Shown here: positions 1 to 10,523 of the stretch, in pieces
Position numbering within the stretch: position 1 is the stretch's first letter
Layout: each line of letters starts with the position of its first letter
From: a virus
IMG/VR virus record: IMGVR_UViG_3300042197_002762
Location: 96,001-160,000 of that record
Strand: one strand, 5' to 3'
DNA length: 64,000 bases
Made by a program: the position numbers and the translations under genes
Notes under the pieces: generated by a model
Database searches by the model: none
What the model saw: only the letters and a program-made list of their open reading frames with translations
What the model was told of the DNA's origin: nothing

Positions 1-1
1 A

Positions 2-172
2 ATTAGGATTTTCGTTATTTAAATATTCCTCGATTAGCAGCCATTGGTATATGTTATTTGGCAATAACTTTTTGAATGTTTTTACATAAAAAGCAAAGAA
101 ATCAGAATAAAACCATAAATGTATAATTAACGCACCTATAGAACAGAGTAAAATAAATAATAAACTTGACAT
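2..172 (-). CDS. hypothetical membrane protein, runs off left edge
   Basis: Manual translation from ATG 172: MSSLLFILLCSIGALIIHLWFYSDFF..., open to the window edge. Confidence 0.6.
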   Translation of the reverse strand, partial: MSSLLFILLCSIGALIIHLWFYSDFFAFYVKTFKKLLPNNIYQWLLIEEYLNNENPN

Positions 173-209
173 TACTGTAAAAAAATTTAAAATAAAGGAA
201 CATTTCTAT

Positions 210-250
210 TTCGAAACCTCACTTCGTTCGGCTTCGATTTGTTCGCTTCG
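210..250. repeat. cluster of six TTCG tetramers in a divergent intergenic region
   Basis: TTCG at 210, 223, 227, 233, 242 and 247 in otherwise AT-rich DNA. Confidence 0.6.
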
Positions 251-296
251 CTCACAAAGATTATATTCATCTTTTTAAGAAAATCAAATTTTTTTG

Positions 297-325
297 TTGA
301 CTATCAAATTAATTTATAGTAGTAT
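297..325 (+). promoter_or_regulatory. sigma70-type promoter of the sigma factor gene
   Basis: TTGACT-17 nt-TAGTAT. Confidence 0.55.
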
Positions 326-923
326 GGAAAAAATGAATCGTTTAAAAGATGAAACCTTGATAAAAAAAGTAATTAATAACCAGTGTAATGAGAGCTTAAA
401 AGAACTTGTTAACCGTCATAGCGGAATGATTTTTAATATTGGTAAAAAGTATTGTAGTCCATGTAATTTGGACATCAATGAATTGAATGATAACAAATAT
501 TGGATTATTTTTAATGCTGCTAAATCATACAATGCAGAAAAAGGTAGTAAATTTTCAACATGGTTAGGAAACCAAATAAGATTTTTCTGCTTAAATTTTA
601 AGAATAAAAATTCTAAACTTGTCTCAACAGAAGATGCTCATCTAGAATTTTTTATTAATAATTCTTCTAAATTAGAGAATAACTCGAATAAAAAAGAAAG
701 CATTAATAATATTATTGATCTATTCCATCAAATATCAGACCCTAATACAAAAAATGCAATATATTATCGTTATTTCTATAATAAGGAGCGTATATTAAAT
801 TATTCAGAAATAGCTGAAATTCTTAATGTAACACCTCAAACAGTTTTAAATTGGCATAATAAATTTATAGAATTTGCTAAAAAAAAATTGACATCCCACG
901 AAACTATTGATATTATGAAATAA
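324..923 (+). CDS. sigma70-family RNA polymerase sigma factor
   Basis: Region-2-like AAKSYNAEKGSKFSTWLGNQIR; region-4 HTH YSEIAEILNVTPQTVLNW; start ATG 324 or 333. Confidence 0.8.
   Translation: MEKMNRLKDETLIKKVINNQCNESLKELVNRHSGMIFNIGKKYCSPCNLDINELNDNKYWIIFNAAKSYNAEKGSKFSTWLGNQIRFFCLNFKNKNSKLVSTEDAHLEFFINNSSKLENNSNKKESINNIIDLFHQISDPNTKNAIYYRYFYNKERILNYSEIAEILNVTPQTVLNWHNKFIEFAKKKLTSHETIDIMK
888..916 (+). promoter_or_regulatory. sigma70-type promoter
   Basis: TTGACA-17 nt-TATTAT, ATG at 926. Confidence 0.7.
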
Positions 924-925
924 CT

Positions 926-1231
926 ATGGATAATAATGACAAACCCAAACTCGAAGAAGCCGGAGCTTTCTGGATTAAGAAATCAAAAACAGGTAACCAA
1001 TTTCTAACCGGTAAAGTTAAATCGAAATCTGGAGAAGAAATTAGTGTTTTAGTTTTTAAAAACAAATATAAAACTGAAGGATCTAATCAACCTGACTATC
1101 GTGTCTACTTTGATAATGGCCCACAGAAAACAAATTCTGAGATGCCCCAAACTGAAGTAGCTACAAAAACACAAAAAGCCGCTCCTAAAAAAGAGACTGA
1201 AGTAGCAAAAACTGAAGATATTCCATTTTAA
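926..1231 (+). CDS. single-stranded DNA-binding protein-like (DUF736-like)
   Basis: GAFW..KSKTG..FLTG and NQPDYRV motifs; acidic C-terminal tail EDIPF typical of SSBs. Confidence 0.6.
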   Translation: MDNNDKPKLEEAGAFWIKKSKTGNQFLTGKVKSKSGEEISVLVFKNKYKTEGSNQPDYRVYFDNGPQKTNSEMPQTEVATKTQKAAPKKETEVAKTEDIPF

Positions 1232-1234
1232 TTT

Positions 1235-2323
1235 GTGTCTAAATTAGCTTTTAATTTACCATTAAATTCTACATCTTTGGGTCAAGTATCTTTCTCGATC
1301 CTAAGAGAGTTGTATAATAAAAAAATACAAATTAATTTATTTCCAATCGGAAATGTAGACATTGGAACCCAAAAACAAGATAATGATTTTATCTTGTGGT
1401 TACAAGATGCGATTGGTTCTTCCTATAAAGAATTCGATAGGAATACTCCAATATTTAAATTGTGGCATCTTAACGGTAGCTTAGAAAGTTTTTCCAAAAA
1501 ACAGGTATTATTATCTTTTTATGAAGTAGATAGCCCTACTAAGACAGAACTTAATATCATAAAAAATAATGAAAAAGTATTATTTTCAAGTAATTATACT
1601 GTTTCTATTTTTAACGCACTTGAAGCTAAAAACGTAGATTTTATTCCACTGGCTTTTGATAATACGCATTTTAGAGAAACCCCTAAAAGAAATATTAAAG
1701 CAATCCAGTTTGGACTGTTTGGAAAACTAGAGCCCCAAAGAAAAAGACATTTAAAAACTATATCTTTATGGGCTAAAAAATACGGTAATAATCCTAATTA
1801 TAGTTTAAATTGCGCTATTTTTAATCATTTTCTTGAACCACAAGTTCAATCACAAATTATTAATCAAGCGTTAGGTGGTCAAAACTACTTTAATATTAAT
1901 TTTTTAAATTACATGCCATCTAATGAAATGTATAATGATCTATTAAATAATACAGACATTGTATTAGCAATGAGTGGCGGAGAAGGATGGGGCTTACCCG
2001 AATTTCAAACTGTTGCGCTTGGAAAGCACTGTTTAGGTCTTAATGCTCATGCCTATAAAGATTGGATGACATCAGATAATTCAGTTATGATCGAACCAAA
2101 TGGTAAAATACCTTGTTATGATAATATCTTTTTTAAGGAAGGTCTTGAATTTAACCAAGGTCAAATTTTTGATTGGGATGAAAAAGATTTTCTACATGGC
2201 TTAGATTTAATTGAGTCTAAATTTAAAAATAACCCCGTAAATACGGAAGGTCTTAAATTACAACAACAATTCACTTATTCTAAAATGGTTGACTCAATTT
2301 TGGAAATCATGAAAAATATTTAA
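1235..2323 (+). CDS. glycosyltransferase (GT4-like, GT-B fold)
   Basis: SGGEGWGLPEFQTVALGK (E-x7-E-like region); GTG start. Confidence 0.8.
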   Translation: MSKLAFNLPLNSTSLGQVSFSILRELYNKKIQINLFPIGNVDIGTQKQDNDFILWLQDAIGSSYKEFDRNTPIFKLWHLNGSLESFSKKQVLLSFYEVDSPTKTELNIIKNNEKVLFSSNYTVSIFNALEAKNVDFIPLAFDNTHFRETPKRNIKAIQFGLFGKLEPQRKRHLKTISLWAKKYGNNPNYSLNCAIFNHFLEPQVQSQIINQALGGQNYFNINFLNYMPSNEMYNDLLNNTDIVLAMSGGEGWGLPEFQTVALGKHCLGLNAHAYKDWMTSDNSVMIEPNGKIPCYDNIFFKEGLEFNQGQIFDWDEKDFLHGLDLIESKFKNNPVNTEGLKLQQQFTYSKMVDSILEIMKNI

Positions 2324-2324
2324 T

Positions 2325-2465
2325 ATGGATACAATAACACCTATTGGAGAAAAAATTAAATTTAAAGATGGCACAGAATATATGCGTATGCCAAATGGTG
2401 AATTGCGTAGAATGTCTCCAAAAGCTGCTCAAATTAGAAAAATGAATAAAAAACAAGTAAAATAA
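2325..2465 (+). CDS. small hypothetical protein (46 aa)
   Basis: Manual ORF MDTITPIGEK...KKQVK fills the gap between neighbouring genes. Confidence 0.55.
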   Translation: MDTITPIGEKIKFKDGTEYMRMPNGELRRMSPKAAQIRKMNKKQVK

Positions 2466-2469
2466 GGAT

Positions 2470-2808
2470 ATGCCTTATTATTTGTTTAGCCACCCAGAAA
2501 CCGAAGAAATTCGTGAAATATTTTTTCATATGAATGATGAAAAAGTATATATTGATGAAAATGGCTTAAAATGGAATCGTGAGTTTGTTGTTCCCCAAGC
2601 TAGTATGGATACAAACATAGATCCATATTCTAAACGCGCGTTCATGGATAAAACAAATAAAGCTGGCACATTTGGTGAAATGATGGACCTTTCGAAAGAG
2701 TTAAGTGAAAAACGTGGTGGCGCAAAAAATGATCCTGTTAAAAAACAGTATGTGCAAAATTGGAAATCTAAAAGAAAATTAAAACATACACCAAAAGCTA
2801 TTCAGTAG
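2470..2808 (+). CDS. hypothetical protein, FmdB-like N-terminus without Cys
   Basis: MPYYLF N-terminus resembles FmdB-type small phage proteins. Confidence 0.4.
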   Translation: MPYYLFSHPETEEIREIFFHMNDEKVYIDENGLKWNREFVVPQASMDTNIDPYSKRAFMDKTNKAGTFGEMMDLSKELSEKRGGAKNDPVKKQYVQNWKSKRKLKHTPKAIQ

Positions 2809-2881
2809 AATATTTTTTAATTTGAGAATTTTTATTTTTTTGCACTATATATCATATTGATGTATAATTTATATTACTAAA

Positions 2882-4861
2882 ATGAGCACAGAAATTATTT
2901 CAGAGAAGTTTGCAAACAAATATAGTAATAAACAACCAAACTGGGGCTTTAATGGGCTAGGTTATATTGTTTATAAAAGAACATACGCCCGTCTTAAAGA
3001 TGATGGTAAGACAGAAGAGTGGCATGAAACTATTCGCCGTTGTATTAATGGAGCGCAAAAAATTGGCGCAAATTATACACAGGAAGAAGCTGAACAGCTT
3101 TTTGATCTTATTTTTAATCTTAAATGTAATTTTGCAGGACGCATGTTGTGGCAACTTGGGACTCCGACTGTAGACCGTTTTGGCGCAAATTCATTACTTA
3201 ACTGCTGGAATGTGTCCATGAATAGCATCAGGTCTTTTCTTTTTCTTTTTGAAAATTTGATGCTCGGTGGTGGTGTTGGTTTTTCTATTCGTCGTGAAGA
3301 TATTCACGAATTACCCCGTATTAAAAAAGGTGTTAATATCACACATAAAAATACTAAGGATGCTGATTTTATTGTTCCCGATAGTCGTGAAGGGTGGATT
3401 CGTCTTTTAGAAAAAGTTCTTGAAGCTTTTTTTGTTAAAGGTAATTCTTTTAATTATTCAACAATTCTTATTCGCGGGGCCGGAGAACGAATTGGGGGGT
3501 TTGGTGGCATCGCAAGTGGGCCACAAATTTTGCTAGACGGTATTGAAAAAATCAATAAAATTTTTCAAACTAGGGAAGGTAAAAAATTACGCTCTATTGA
3601 TGTTCTTGATATCTGTAATATTATTGGCGGGATTGTGGTTTCTGGAAATGTTCGTCGTAGCGCACAAATTGCTATTGGTGATCCAGATGATTATCTTTTC
3701 CTTCGTGCCAAAAATTGGTCTCTTGGTAATATCCCTAATTGGCGCGCAATGTCTAACAATACAATCTATGCAGATGACTACTCTCATATTTCTAATGAAA
3801 TATGGAATAATGGATATATGTTAGATCCAGAAACTGGTTTTGCCAAAGGTGAGCCGTATGGATTTTTTAATCTTCCCCTTTCTCAAAAATACGGTCGTCT
3901 TAAAGATGGCCCAATGAAAGACAGTAATCTTTATCCAACAGATGAAGATAACGTTGTAGGAACAAACCCATGTGGGGAAATTAGTCTTGCTTCTTATGAA
4001 TGTTGCAATCTTTCTGAGCTTTATTTAAATAATATAACCTCAAAAGAAGAACTTATTCTTTGCGCTAAACTTTTATATAAAACACAAAAAGCTATTGCAG
4101 CATTACCCTTCATACATGAAGAAACAAATAAAATTGTACATAAAAATATGCGTCTTGGTTTGGGCGTTACTGGAATTTGTCAATCTCTTGATAAAATTGA
4201 TTGGTTAGATGCTTGCTATAAAGAACTGCGTAAATTTGACAAAGAATGGAGTAAAGAACGTGGATGGAATCGTAGTATTAAACTAACTACAATTAAACCT
4301 AGTGGAACTTTAAGCCTTTTAGGTGGGTCTACTCCAGGTGTCCATCCAGCTTATTCTAAATATTACATTCGCAGAGTTCGTATGGCAAGTAATGACCCTC
4401 TAGTGCAATATTGTCGTGATCTTGGGTATAATGTTGAGTATGTTGTTAATTTTGATGGTTCTGAAAATCATGATACTGTTATTGTAGAATTTCCATGTGA
4501 AACGCCAGATGGCGCACTATTTGCAGATGATATGGGTGTTATTAAACAACTTGAAATGGTTAAGAAGCTTCAAGAAGTTTGGTCAGATAATGCTGTTAGT
4601 GTTACTGCTTATTATAGTGAAGAAGAACTTAACGATCTTAAAAAATGGCTTGCTGAAAATTATGAAAATGGAATTAAATCAGTTAGTTTTCTTTTGAGAC
4701 AAAAGCATGGATTTAAACAAGCCCCATATGAAGAAATTTCTAAAGAAGTATATGAAACTAAAAAATCTAAAGTAAAACCAGTCGTAATTATAAATCAAAA
4801 TATTGGTGATCAAGCTTTAGAAGGGATTGAGTGCGAAGGCGGTGCATGTCCGATTAAATAA
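2882..4861 (+). CDS. nrdJ: class II (B12-dependent) ribonucleotide reductase, monomeric type
   Basis: YKRTYAR, TNPCGEI, TTIKPSGT and C-terminal ECEGGACPIK; promoter TTGCAC-17-TATAAT at 2840-2868. Confidence 0.92.
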   Translation: MSTEIISEKFANKYSNKQPNWGFNGLGYIVYKRTYARLKDDGKTEEWHETIRRCINGAQKIGANYTQEEAEQLFDLIFNLKCNFAGRMLWQLGTPTVDRFGANSLLNCWNVSMNSIRSFLFLFENLMLGGGVGFSIRREDIHELPRIKKGVNITHKNTKDADFIVPDSREGWIRLLEKVLEAFFVKGNSFNYSTILIRGAGERIGGFGGIASGPQILLDGIEKINKIFQTREGKKLRSIDVLDICNIIGGIVVSGNVRRSAQIAIGDPDDYLFLRAKNWSLGNIPNWRAMSNNTIYADDYSHISNEIWNNGYMLDPETGFAKGEPYGFFNLPLSQKYGRLKDGPMKDSNLYPTDEDNVVGTNPCGEISLASYECCNLSELYLNNITSKEELILCAKLLYKTQKAIAALPFIHEETNKIVHKNMRLGLGVTGICQSLDKIDWLDACYKELRKFDKEWSKERGWNRSIKLTTIKPSGTLSLLGGSTPGVHPAYSKYYIRRVRMASNDPLVQYCRDLGYNVEYVVNFDGSENHDTVIVEFPCETPDGALFADDMGVIKQLEMVKKLQEVWSDNAVSVTAYYSEEELNDLKKWLAENYENGIKSVSFLLRQKHGFKQAPYEEISKEVYETKKSKVKPVVIINQNIGDQALEGIECEGGACPIK

Positions 4862-5289
4862 TGAAAAATAAAGATGTGCATAAACAATTGCGCGACTCAA
4901 TGGACGAGACTTTGGAAACAAAGTTTATGCAAAATCTCCAATGGTCAATGTTATTTTTTTGTTTTAATTATATTGCAAATCATATAAACGAAGAGCATGA
5001 ATTTAAAGATAAACATGTTCATAAAGAATTTATTAAAACATGGAAAAAATTTGCACACCAAAATATCGCTAGTTCAGATTTAAAAATTATTAATGATATT
5101 TTAAATTCTCCTAAAAATGTATTCTATTCAGCGCTTCAAAATAGCAATGAAATAACAGAAAGTACAGAAATATATCAAGAAAAATATAATAATATTTTAA
5201 GCAAAATTGAAAAATTTTTCACAAAAACTTTAGATACTCAACAAAATTTTGAGCCGCCAGAAGAAGAAGACGATAATGAATATGCATAA
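4861..5289 (+). CDS. hypothetical protein
   Basis: 142-aa ORF coupled to both neighbours. Confidence 0.6.
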   Translation: MKNKDVHKQLRDSMDETLETKFMQNLQWSMLFFCFNYIANHINEEHEFKDKHVHKEFIKTWKKFAHQNIASSDLKIINDILNSPKNVFYSALQNSNEITESTEIYQEKYNNILSKIEKFFTKTLDTQQNFEPPEEEDDNEYA

Positions 5290-6334
5290 AAAAGTTATTA
5301 TAACTGGAGTAACTGGGCAAGATGGTAGCTATATGACAGATCTTCTTTTGGAAGAAACTGATTATGAAGTATTTGGAATGGTTAGAAGGGCTTCTACAAA
5401 TAATTATCATAATATAAAACATTTATTAGATAATTCTAGATTTAAATTAATTACTGGCGATTTAACAGATTCGCAATCTATAGATAATATTGTAAGAGAT
5501 ATTAAACCAGATTTTTTTATTAATTTAGCCGCTCAAAGTTTTGTAGGAGCATCTTGGCAAATTCCAGAACAAACATTTGATATAGATGCGGTAGGTGTTA
5601 TTAGGTGTCTTGAAGCTATTAGAAAGCACGCCCCAAAGTGTAGATTTTATAATGCTGGATCTTCAGAAGAATTAGGTAATGTAGATTACAGTCCTCAAGA
5701 TGAGAACCATCCTTTAAAACCAAGAAGTCCGTACGGAGCAGCAAAAGCTGCTGCTAGGCATATTGTTAAAGTATATCGTGAAAGTTATAATCTTTTTGCT
5801 ATTCAAGGTTTATTATATAACCATGAAAGCCCACGACGTGGAGAAGAATTTGTAACTAGAAAAATTACAAAAGAAATAGCAAGAATTAAAAAAGCCATAG
5901 ATTATGGTTATAAATTTGAGCCATTAGAGTTGGGTAATATTTATGCTAAAAGAGACTGGAGTCATGCAAAAGATTTTGTTAGAGGCATTTGGATGATGCT
6001 TAACCAAGAAGAACCTAGGGAATATATTTTATCTTCTGGAGAAACTCACACCGTAAAAGAATTTATTGAAAAAGCTTTTAAAGTCGCTGGGATAGATGGC
6101 AAGTGGGAATTTTGTGGTATAACAATAAATAATAAAAATCCAGAAGACGAAATATTTAGAAAAGATACTGGACAGATATTAATGAAAATTAATCCAGCAT
6201 TTTATCGCCCAGCAGAAGTAGATTTATTATTGGGTAACCCAAATAAAGCAATAACTGAATTAAGGTGGAATTCGGAAATTTCTTTTGACAAGCTAATTAA
6301 AGAAATGGTAAGCTCGGACATCCAAAATGTGTAA
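5282..6334 (+). CDS. gmd: GDP-mannose 4,6-dehydratase
   Basis: ITGVTGQDGSY, NLAAQSFV, SPYGAAK, NHESPRRGEEFVTRKI, RDWSHAKD. Confidence 0.95.
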   Translation: MHKKVIITGVTGQDGSYMTDLLLEETDYEVFGMVRRASTNNYHNIKHLLDNSRFKLITGDLTDSQSIDNIVRDIKPDFFINLAAQSFVGASWQIPEQTFDIDAVGVIRCLEAIRKHAPKCRFYNAGSSEELGNVDYSPQDENHPLKPRSPYGAAKAAARHIVKVYRESYNLFAIQGLLYNHESPRRGEEFVTRKITKEIARIKKAIDYGYKFEPLELGNIYAKRDWSHAKDFVRGIWMMLNQEEPREYILSSGETHTVKEFIEKAFKVAGIDGKWEFCGITINNKNPEDEIFRKDTGQILMKINPAFYRPAEVDLLLGNPNKAITELRWNSEISFDKLIKEMVSSDIQNV

Positions 6335-6354
6335 ATTTTGTGTATAATATTATT

Positions 6355-6558
6355 ATGGATATAGAACCCTTAACGCCAAATCAGTCAAAATTTCATACTT
6401 GTAAATTTCGTTCAGAGTTGCCCATTACAAAAACTATAAAGAGGTGTTCTTGTCGTGGTGGCGATTATCAGTTGACAGCATTTTATTGTAATGAGCGTCA
6501 AATTTTTGAAGTTAACGAAGATACTTGTCAAAATTGTGAAGTCTATCAATCTAAATAA
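6355..6558 (+). CDS. small Cys-rich hypothetical protein
   Basis: CSC and CQNC motifs; GTGTAA at 6329. Confidence 0.55.
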   Translation: MDIEPLTPNQSKFHTCKFRSELPITKTIKRCSCRGGDYQLTAFYCNERQIFEVNEDTCQNCEVYQSK

Positions 6559-6898
6559 AAAAGATTTTGTAAAAAAATTCTTAAAAGATACTAATAATAT
6601 TATTTGGCCAAAAGAAATGAAAATGGTCAAAAGTTTATTCAAAATTTTTCCTAATGAAGATTTTTGGAAAGGTTTAAATTTAAATTTTAAATTAAATTCC
6701 CTATGTTGGTTTTTATCCGACGATGGGCGAAAATTTCTTAATAACGAATACAAAAAATTTAATTTAGAATTACCAGAAACAAAAAAATTTGAAATAGAAA
6801 ATAATAATATTGCTTTCGAATCCAAAAAAAGCTATGATTTAGATAAAGCTCTTAATCTCAGAGAATTTTTAAATTTATGGCAAAAGAAAACACTTTAA
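6536..6898 (+). CDS. hypothetical protein
   Basis: ORF upstream of recA; GTG start assumed. Confidence 0.55.
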   Translation: MKSINLNKKDFVKKFLKDTNNIIWPKEMKMVKSLFKIFPNEDFWKGLNLNFKLNSLCWFLSDDGRKFLNNEYKKFNLELPETKKFEIENNNIAFESKKSYDLDKALNLREFLNLWQKKTL

Positions 6899-7971
6899 CG
6901 GGTAAAAGTATATTATCTTCACATCTTAAAGATAATAAAGATTCACATTATAATTTTGAAGATGAACAGGTTTTCCAAGTATCTACTGGTTCTCTTCTTT
7001 TAGACTCAGAACTTAGTGGTGCGCTCGAGGTTCCTGCAATTGTTCGTTTTACCGGAGTAAGCGGTGGCGGAAAAACAAGCTCCGCTCTTCTTATTATGAA
7101 CAATTTTCTAAAATCAGTACCTAACTCAAAAGGCTTTTTGGTTAAAGCAGAAGGTCGTCTTAATTCAAATGTTAAAAAAATCTCTGGAGTCAATTTTGTA
7201 GACGACCCAGAAAAATGGGAAAATGGTACATGTTTTGTTCTTCGTTCTAATATTTATGAAAACATTGCTACTTTAATTTTAGAATTGATTAAAAATAATC
7301 CAGAAAATACACGTTATTATTTTCTTATTGATAGTATGGATGCTCTTATTTCAAAAAATGATTTAAGTAAAGGATTTGAAGATAGCGCAAAAGTTGCTGC
7401 TGGAGCAGTTCTTACATCAAATTTTCTTCGTAGAATCATGCTACCACTTTCGACGTTTGGGCATATTTGTGGACTTATCTCACAAGTACGTTCAAATGTA
7501 CAAATTAACCCTTATGCAAAAAGCGATCCAAAACTTACTAACAGTTCTGGCGGAAACGCTTTACAACATTATGCTGATTGGATTTTTGAATTTCAACCAA
7601 GATACAAATCTGATCAAATTATGGAAGGCGACAAAATTATTGGTCACTGGTCAAAAATTCTTCTTCGTAAAACTACGAATGAAAAAGATGGTGTTGAAGT
7701 AACTTATCCAATTAGACATGGAAGAATTGACGGAAAAAGCGTTTGGACAGAATATGAAGTTGCTGATATGCTGATACAATGGGGTTTCGCTAAAAAGAGC
7801 GGTGCTTGGATAGCCTTTGATGCTGGTTTAATTAAAGACATTAAAGAAGATATTGACAAAGATTTTCCAGAAAAAATCCAAGGAATGGATCAGCTAAGAA
7901 CATTCCTAGAAAATAATCAGGATATTTGTAATTACCTTTTTAATAAGTTTAAAACAATATTATCAAAGTAA
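6877..7971 (+). CDS. recA: RecA/UvsX-like recombinase
   Basis: STGSLLLD, Walker A GVSGGGKT, Walker B LIDSMD, SGGNALQHYA, KKSGAW. Confidence 0.88.
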   Translation: MAKENTLTGKSILSSHLKDNKDSHYNFEDEQVFQVSTGSLLLDSELSGALEVPAIVRFTGVSGGGKTSSALLIMNNFLKSVPNSKGFLVKAEGRLNSNVKKISGVNFVDDPEKWENGTCFVLRSNIYENIATLILELIKNNPENTRYYFLIDSMDALISKNDLSKGFEDSAKVAAGAVLTSNFLRRIMLPLSTFGHICGLISQVRSNVQINPYAKSDPKLTNSSGGNALQHYADWIFEFQPRYKSDQIMEGDKIIGHWSKILLRKTTNEKDGVEVTYPIRHGRIDGKSVWTEYEVADMLIQWGFAKKSGAWIAFDAGLIKDIKEDIDKDFPEKIQGMDQLRTFLENNQDICNYLFNKFKTILSK

Positions 7972-8741
7972 TGTTTTCAATATATACATCAGCGTTTAAT
8001 TTAATTAAAAATAAATTTAATTATAGACATCATATTCAAAATTTTTCACAATTTGCAGACGAAGTAGTTATAGCCATCAATACAAGTGAAGATAATTCTC
8101 TAAACGAAGTACGTGATTTTGTAATTGACAACTGCGATAATGTTTATATATTAGAAACACATTTTAGTTATGAAGATCCATTGCTTGATGGAAAGATAAA
8201 AAATGCTGCACTACAAGCCACTAAACAAGATCTAAAAATCGGTTTAGATATGGATGAATACATCCCATTATGGCAACAGCATATTTGGGAAAATATTGGT
8301 AACCAATTAATGTATTCTCAAGCCAAAGCTGTTATGATCCCATCTCTTAATTTGTATAAAGATACAGATCATTATTTTTCTATAACGCCAAAATGGTATA
8401 TGCACAAAAAAGGTTTATATCGTGGTCCAGTAACTTGGGCTAAAAAAGATAATGGAACGATAGATACATCAAAAAGTGATACTTGTGAATTGATAGATGA
8501 AAATGGAAATTTAGTTTATTCAAGCCAATCACCTTTCGATATTGATTCTTTAAGAACTAATAATAATCCATTTGTTGTTCATACTGGGTATATTAATTTA
8601 TATAATAGAATATTAAGAAATAATAATTTTTGGGAAAAGCACTGGAAAATAGAATCTGGCGGAGAAGCCCCAAAACATAAAGTTCATCAATCTATAGATG
8701 ATTTTCAAGAAAACTATCAAGAACATAAATTAAATATATGA
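7971..8741 (+). CDS. glycosyltransferase (GT2-like)
   Basis: DEVVIA..SED and DxD motif LDMDE. Confidence 0.7.
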   Translation: MFSIYTSAFNLIKNKFNYRHHIQNFSQFADEVVIAINTSEDNSLNEVRDFVIDNCDNVYILETHFSYEDPLLDGKIKNAALQATKQDLKIGLDMDEYIPLWQQHIWENIGNQLMYSQAKAVMIPSLNLYKDTDHYFSITPKWYMHKKGLYRGPVTWAKKDNGTIDTSKSDTCELIDENGNLVYSSQSPFDIDSLRTNNNPFVVHTGYINLYNRILRNNNFWEKHWKIESGGEAPKHKVHQSIDDFQENYQEHKLNI

Positions 8742-9253
8742 AACTGAATCTTGGTTGCGCTAAAGATATAAAAGAAGGGTATATTAATGTAGACCTACAC
8801 TATAAACATCCAAATGTTATCAATGAGGATATTTCTAACCTTTCATTCGTTAAGAATTCCGAAGCAATTGAAATTTATGCTAAAGATATTTTAGAACATT
8901 TACCATTCTCAGTTTCTATTAAGTGTTTAGAAAAATGGTATAAATATTTAAAACCAGATGGTCGTTTATATATTCAAACTACTAATTTTATTAAGATTAT
9001 TGAAGCTTATAATTCTGGAGTTTGGAATCTTTTTTATTTGAATTATATGCTTTTTTCTGGCGTTAATTGGATAGATAGCGAGGCCAAGGAAGCTGATTTT
9101 CACAAAAGCGTATATTCAAAAGATTCTTTACTCAATGAGCTTGGGCGTATAGGTTATAAGATTATATCAGTAGAGGAAGATGAAATAGACGATGCTTTAA
9201 AAGCAAATCCTAGCGATCATAATTTAAATATTAAAATTTGGGCCGCAAAATGA
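8738..9253 (+). CDS. class I SAM-dependent methyltransferase
   Basis: KLNLGC...GYINVD, DILEH, LKPDG. Confidence 0.85.
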   Translation: MKLNLGCAKDIKEGYINVDLHYKHPNVINEDISNLSFVKNSEAIEIYAKDILEHLPFSVSIKCLEKWYKYLKPDGRLYIQTTNFIKIIEAYNSGVWNLFYLNYMLFSGVNWIDSEAKEADFHKSVYSKDSLLNELGRIGYKIISVEEDEIDDALKANPSDHNLNIKIWAAK

Positions 9254-9954
9254 TCGAAAAAAATATTTTTCAAACATTCGTTAATAATGAATTACCCGAA
9301 CCAGTAGCGAACTTAATCGAACAATTAAAATTAAATAATTCTAATTATAACTATTATTTCTATACAGATGAAAATATACTAGATTTTATAAAAACTAATT
9401 ATTCTAATGAAATTTATAATGCATATAGTAAATTACAAATAGGGGCAGCAAAAGCAGATTTTTGGAGATACTTAATATTATATAAATATGGTGGTGTTTA
9501 TTTGGATATAGATTCTTATATTACAATACCTTTAGATAATTTTATATTAGATAAAGATAAAGCAATAATTACTAGAGAAAATAATTATGGTCATTTTGTT
9601 CAATGGTGTCTTATTATAAAAAGTGAACACCCCATTTTAAAATACACAATTGAAAATGTATTAAAAAAAATCTTTGAAAAAAAAGAAACTCGTTTAAACT
9701 ATATTACTGGACCACCAGTTTTGTCAGAATGTATTGAAAATTTATATCAATATTTGGGGTTTAAATCATTATATGAAACGAAAGATGAAGAAATAAATAA
9801 TAAAATGAACGCTAACTCTGATGAATATGCAAGATTTATCGGAACAGATTTTAATAATAATGAATTTATTTTTAAGCATCAATATTATTATACATTGTAC
9901 AAAAATAAAAAGCCATGGATGGAAGAACAAACAATCAAATCAGTAATAGCATGA
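9250..9954 (+). CDS. glycosyltransferase, DXD sugar-binding (GT32/OCH1-like)
   Basis: KADFWRYLILYKYGGVYLDID. Confidence 0.88.
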   Translation: MIEKNIFQTFVNNELPEPVANLIEQLKLNNSNYNYYFYTDENILDFIKTNYSNEIYNAYSKLQIGAAKADFWRYLILYKYGGVYLDIDSYITIPLDNFILDKDKAIITRENNYGHFVQWCLIIKSEHPILKYTIENVLKKIFEKKETRLNYITGPPVLSECIENLYQYLGFKSLYETKDEEINNKMNANSDEYARFIGTDFNNNEFIFKHQYYYTLYKNKKPWMEEQTIKSVIA

Positions 9955-10523
9955 ATATAGTACAAATAGGATGTCATGATGGTAATGATCATGTTTATAA
10001 ATTTATCTGTGAAAATAGAGATACTATAAACTCAGTTCATTTAATTGAGCCCATTAAAGAGAATATTATAAAAGCTATTGAGCTATATAAATCTTTTAAT
10101 TTTATTAATTTTCATAATATCGCAATTGTTGAAAATGATTCAATTAATGAAATAGAAATTTTTTGTGCCAATGATATTAAAGAAAGTCAAACTGCATCAA
10201 TTTTTAAATCACATTCTTCATATTTTCAATCAAATATTAATTCTAGAGTAGTTTCATGTTGTAACTTAAATAAATTTTTTAAAAATAATAATATTTATAA
10301 TATTGACCGTTTATATATAGATACAGAAGGGTTAGATTGTAAAATTATTGATTCTATAGATTTTAGTTTATATAATATCAAATATCTGGAATATGAATAT
10401 ATTCATGCCGATGGAACACATTTGCATGGAAATATGGATAAATATATTGAAAATAAACTTATATCATATAGGTATGAAATAAAAGATTCTCCACCATTCA
10501 ATAAAATTGCAATTAAATTATGA
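9951..10523 (+). CDS. FkbM-family methyltransferase
   Basis: VQIGCHDG, IEP, IDTEGLD. Confidence 0.85.
   Translation: MNIVQIGCHDGNDHVYKFICENRDTINSVHLIEPIKENIIKAIELYKSFNFINFHNIAIVENDSINEIEIFCANDIKESQTASIFKSHSSYFQSNINSRVVSCCNLNKFFKNNNIYNIDRLYIDTEGLDCKIIDSIDFSLYNIKYLEYEYIHADGTHLHGNMDKYIENKLISYRYEIKDSPPFNKIAIKL

Noticed and set aside
6412-6825. 137-aa minus-strand ORF (also 20769-21161, 18628-19083, 61424-61831 and similar)
   Set aside because: Antisense shadows of well-supported plus-strand genes, with no motifs or promoters.
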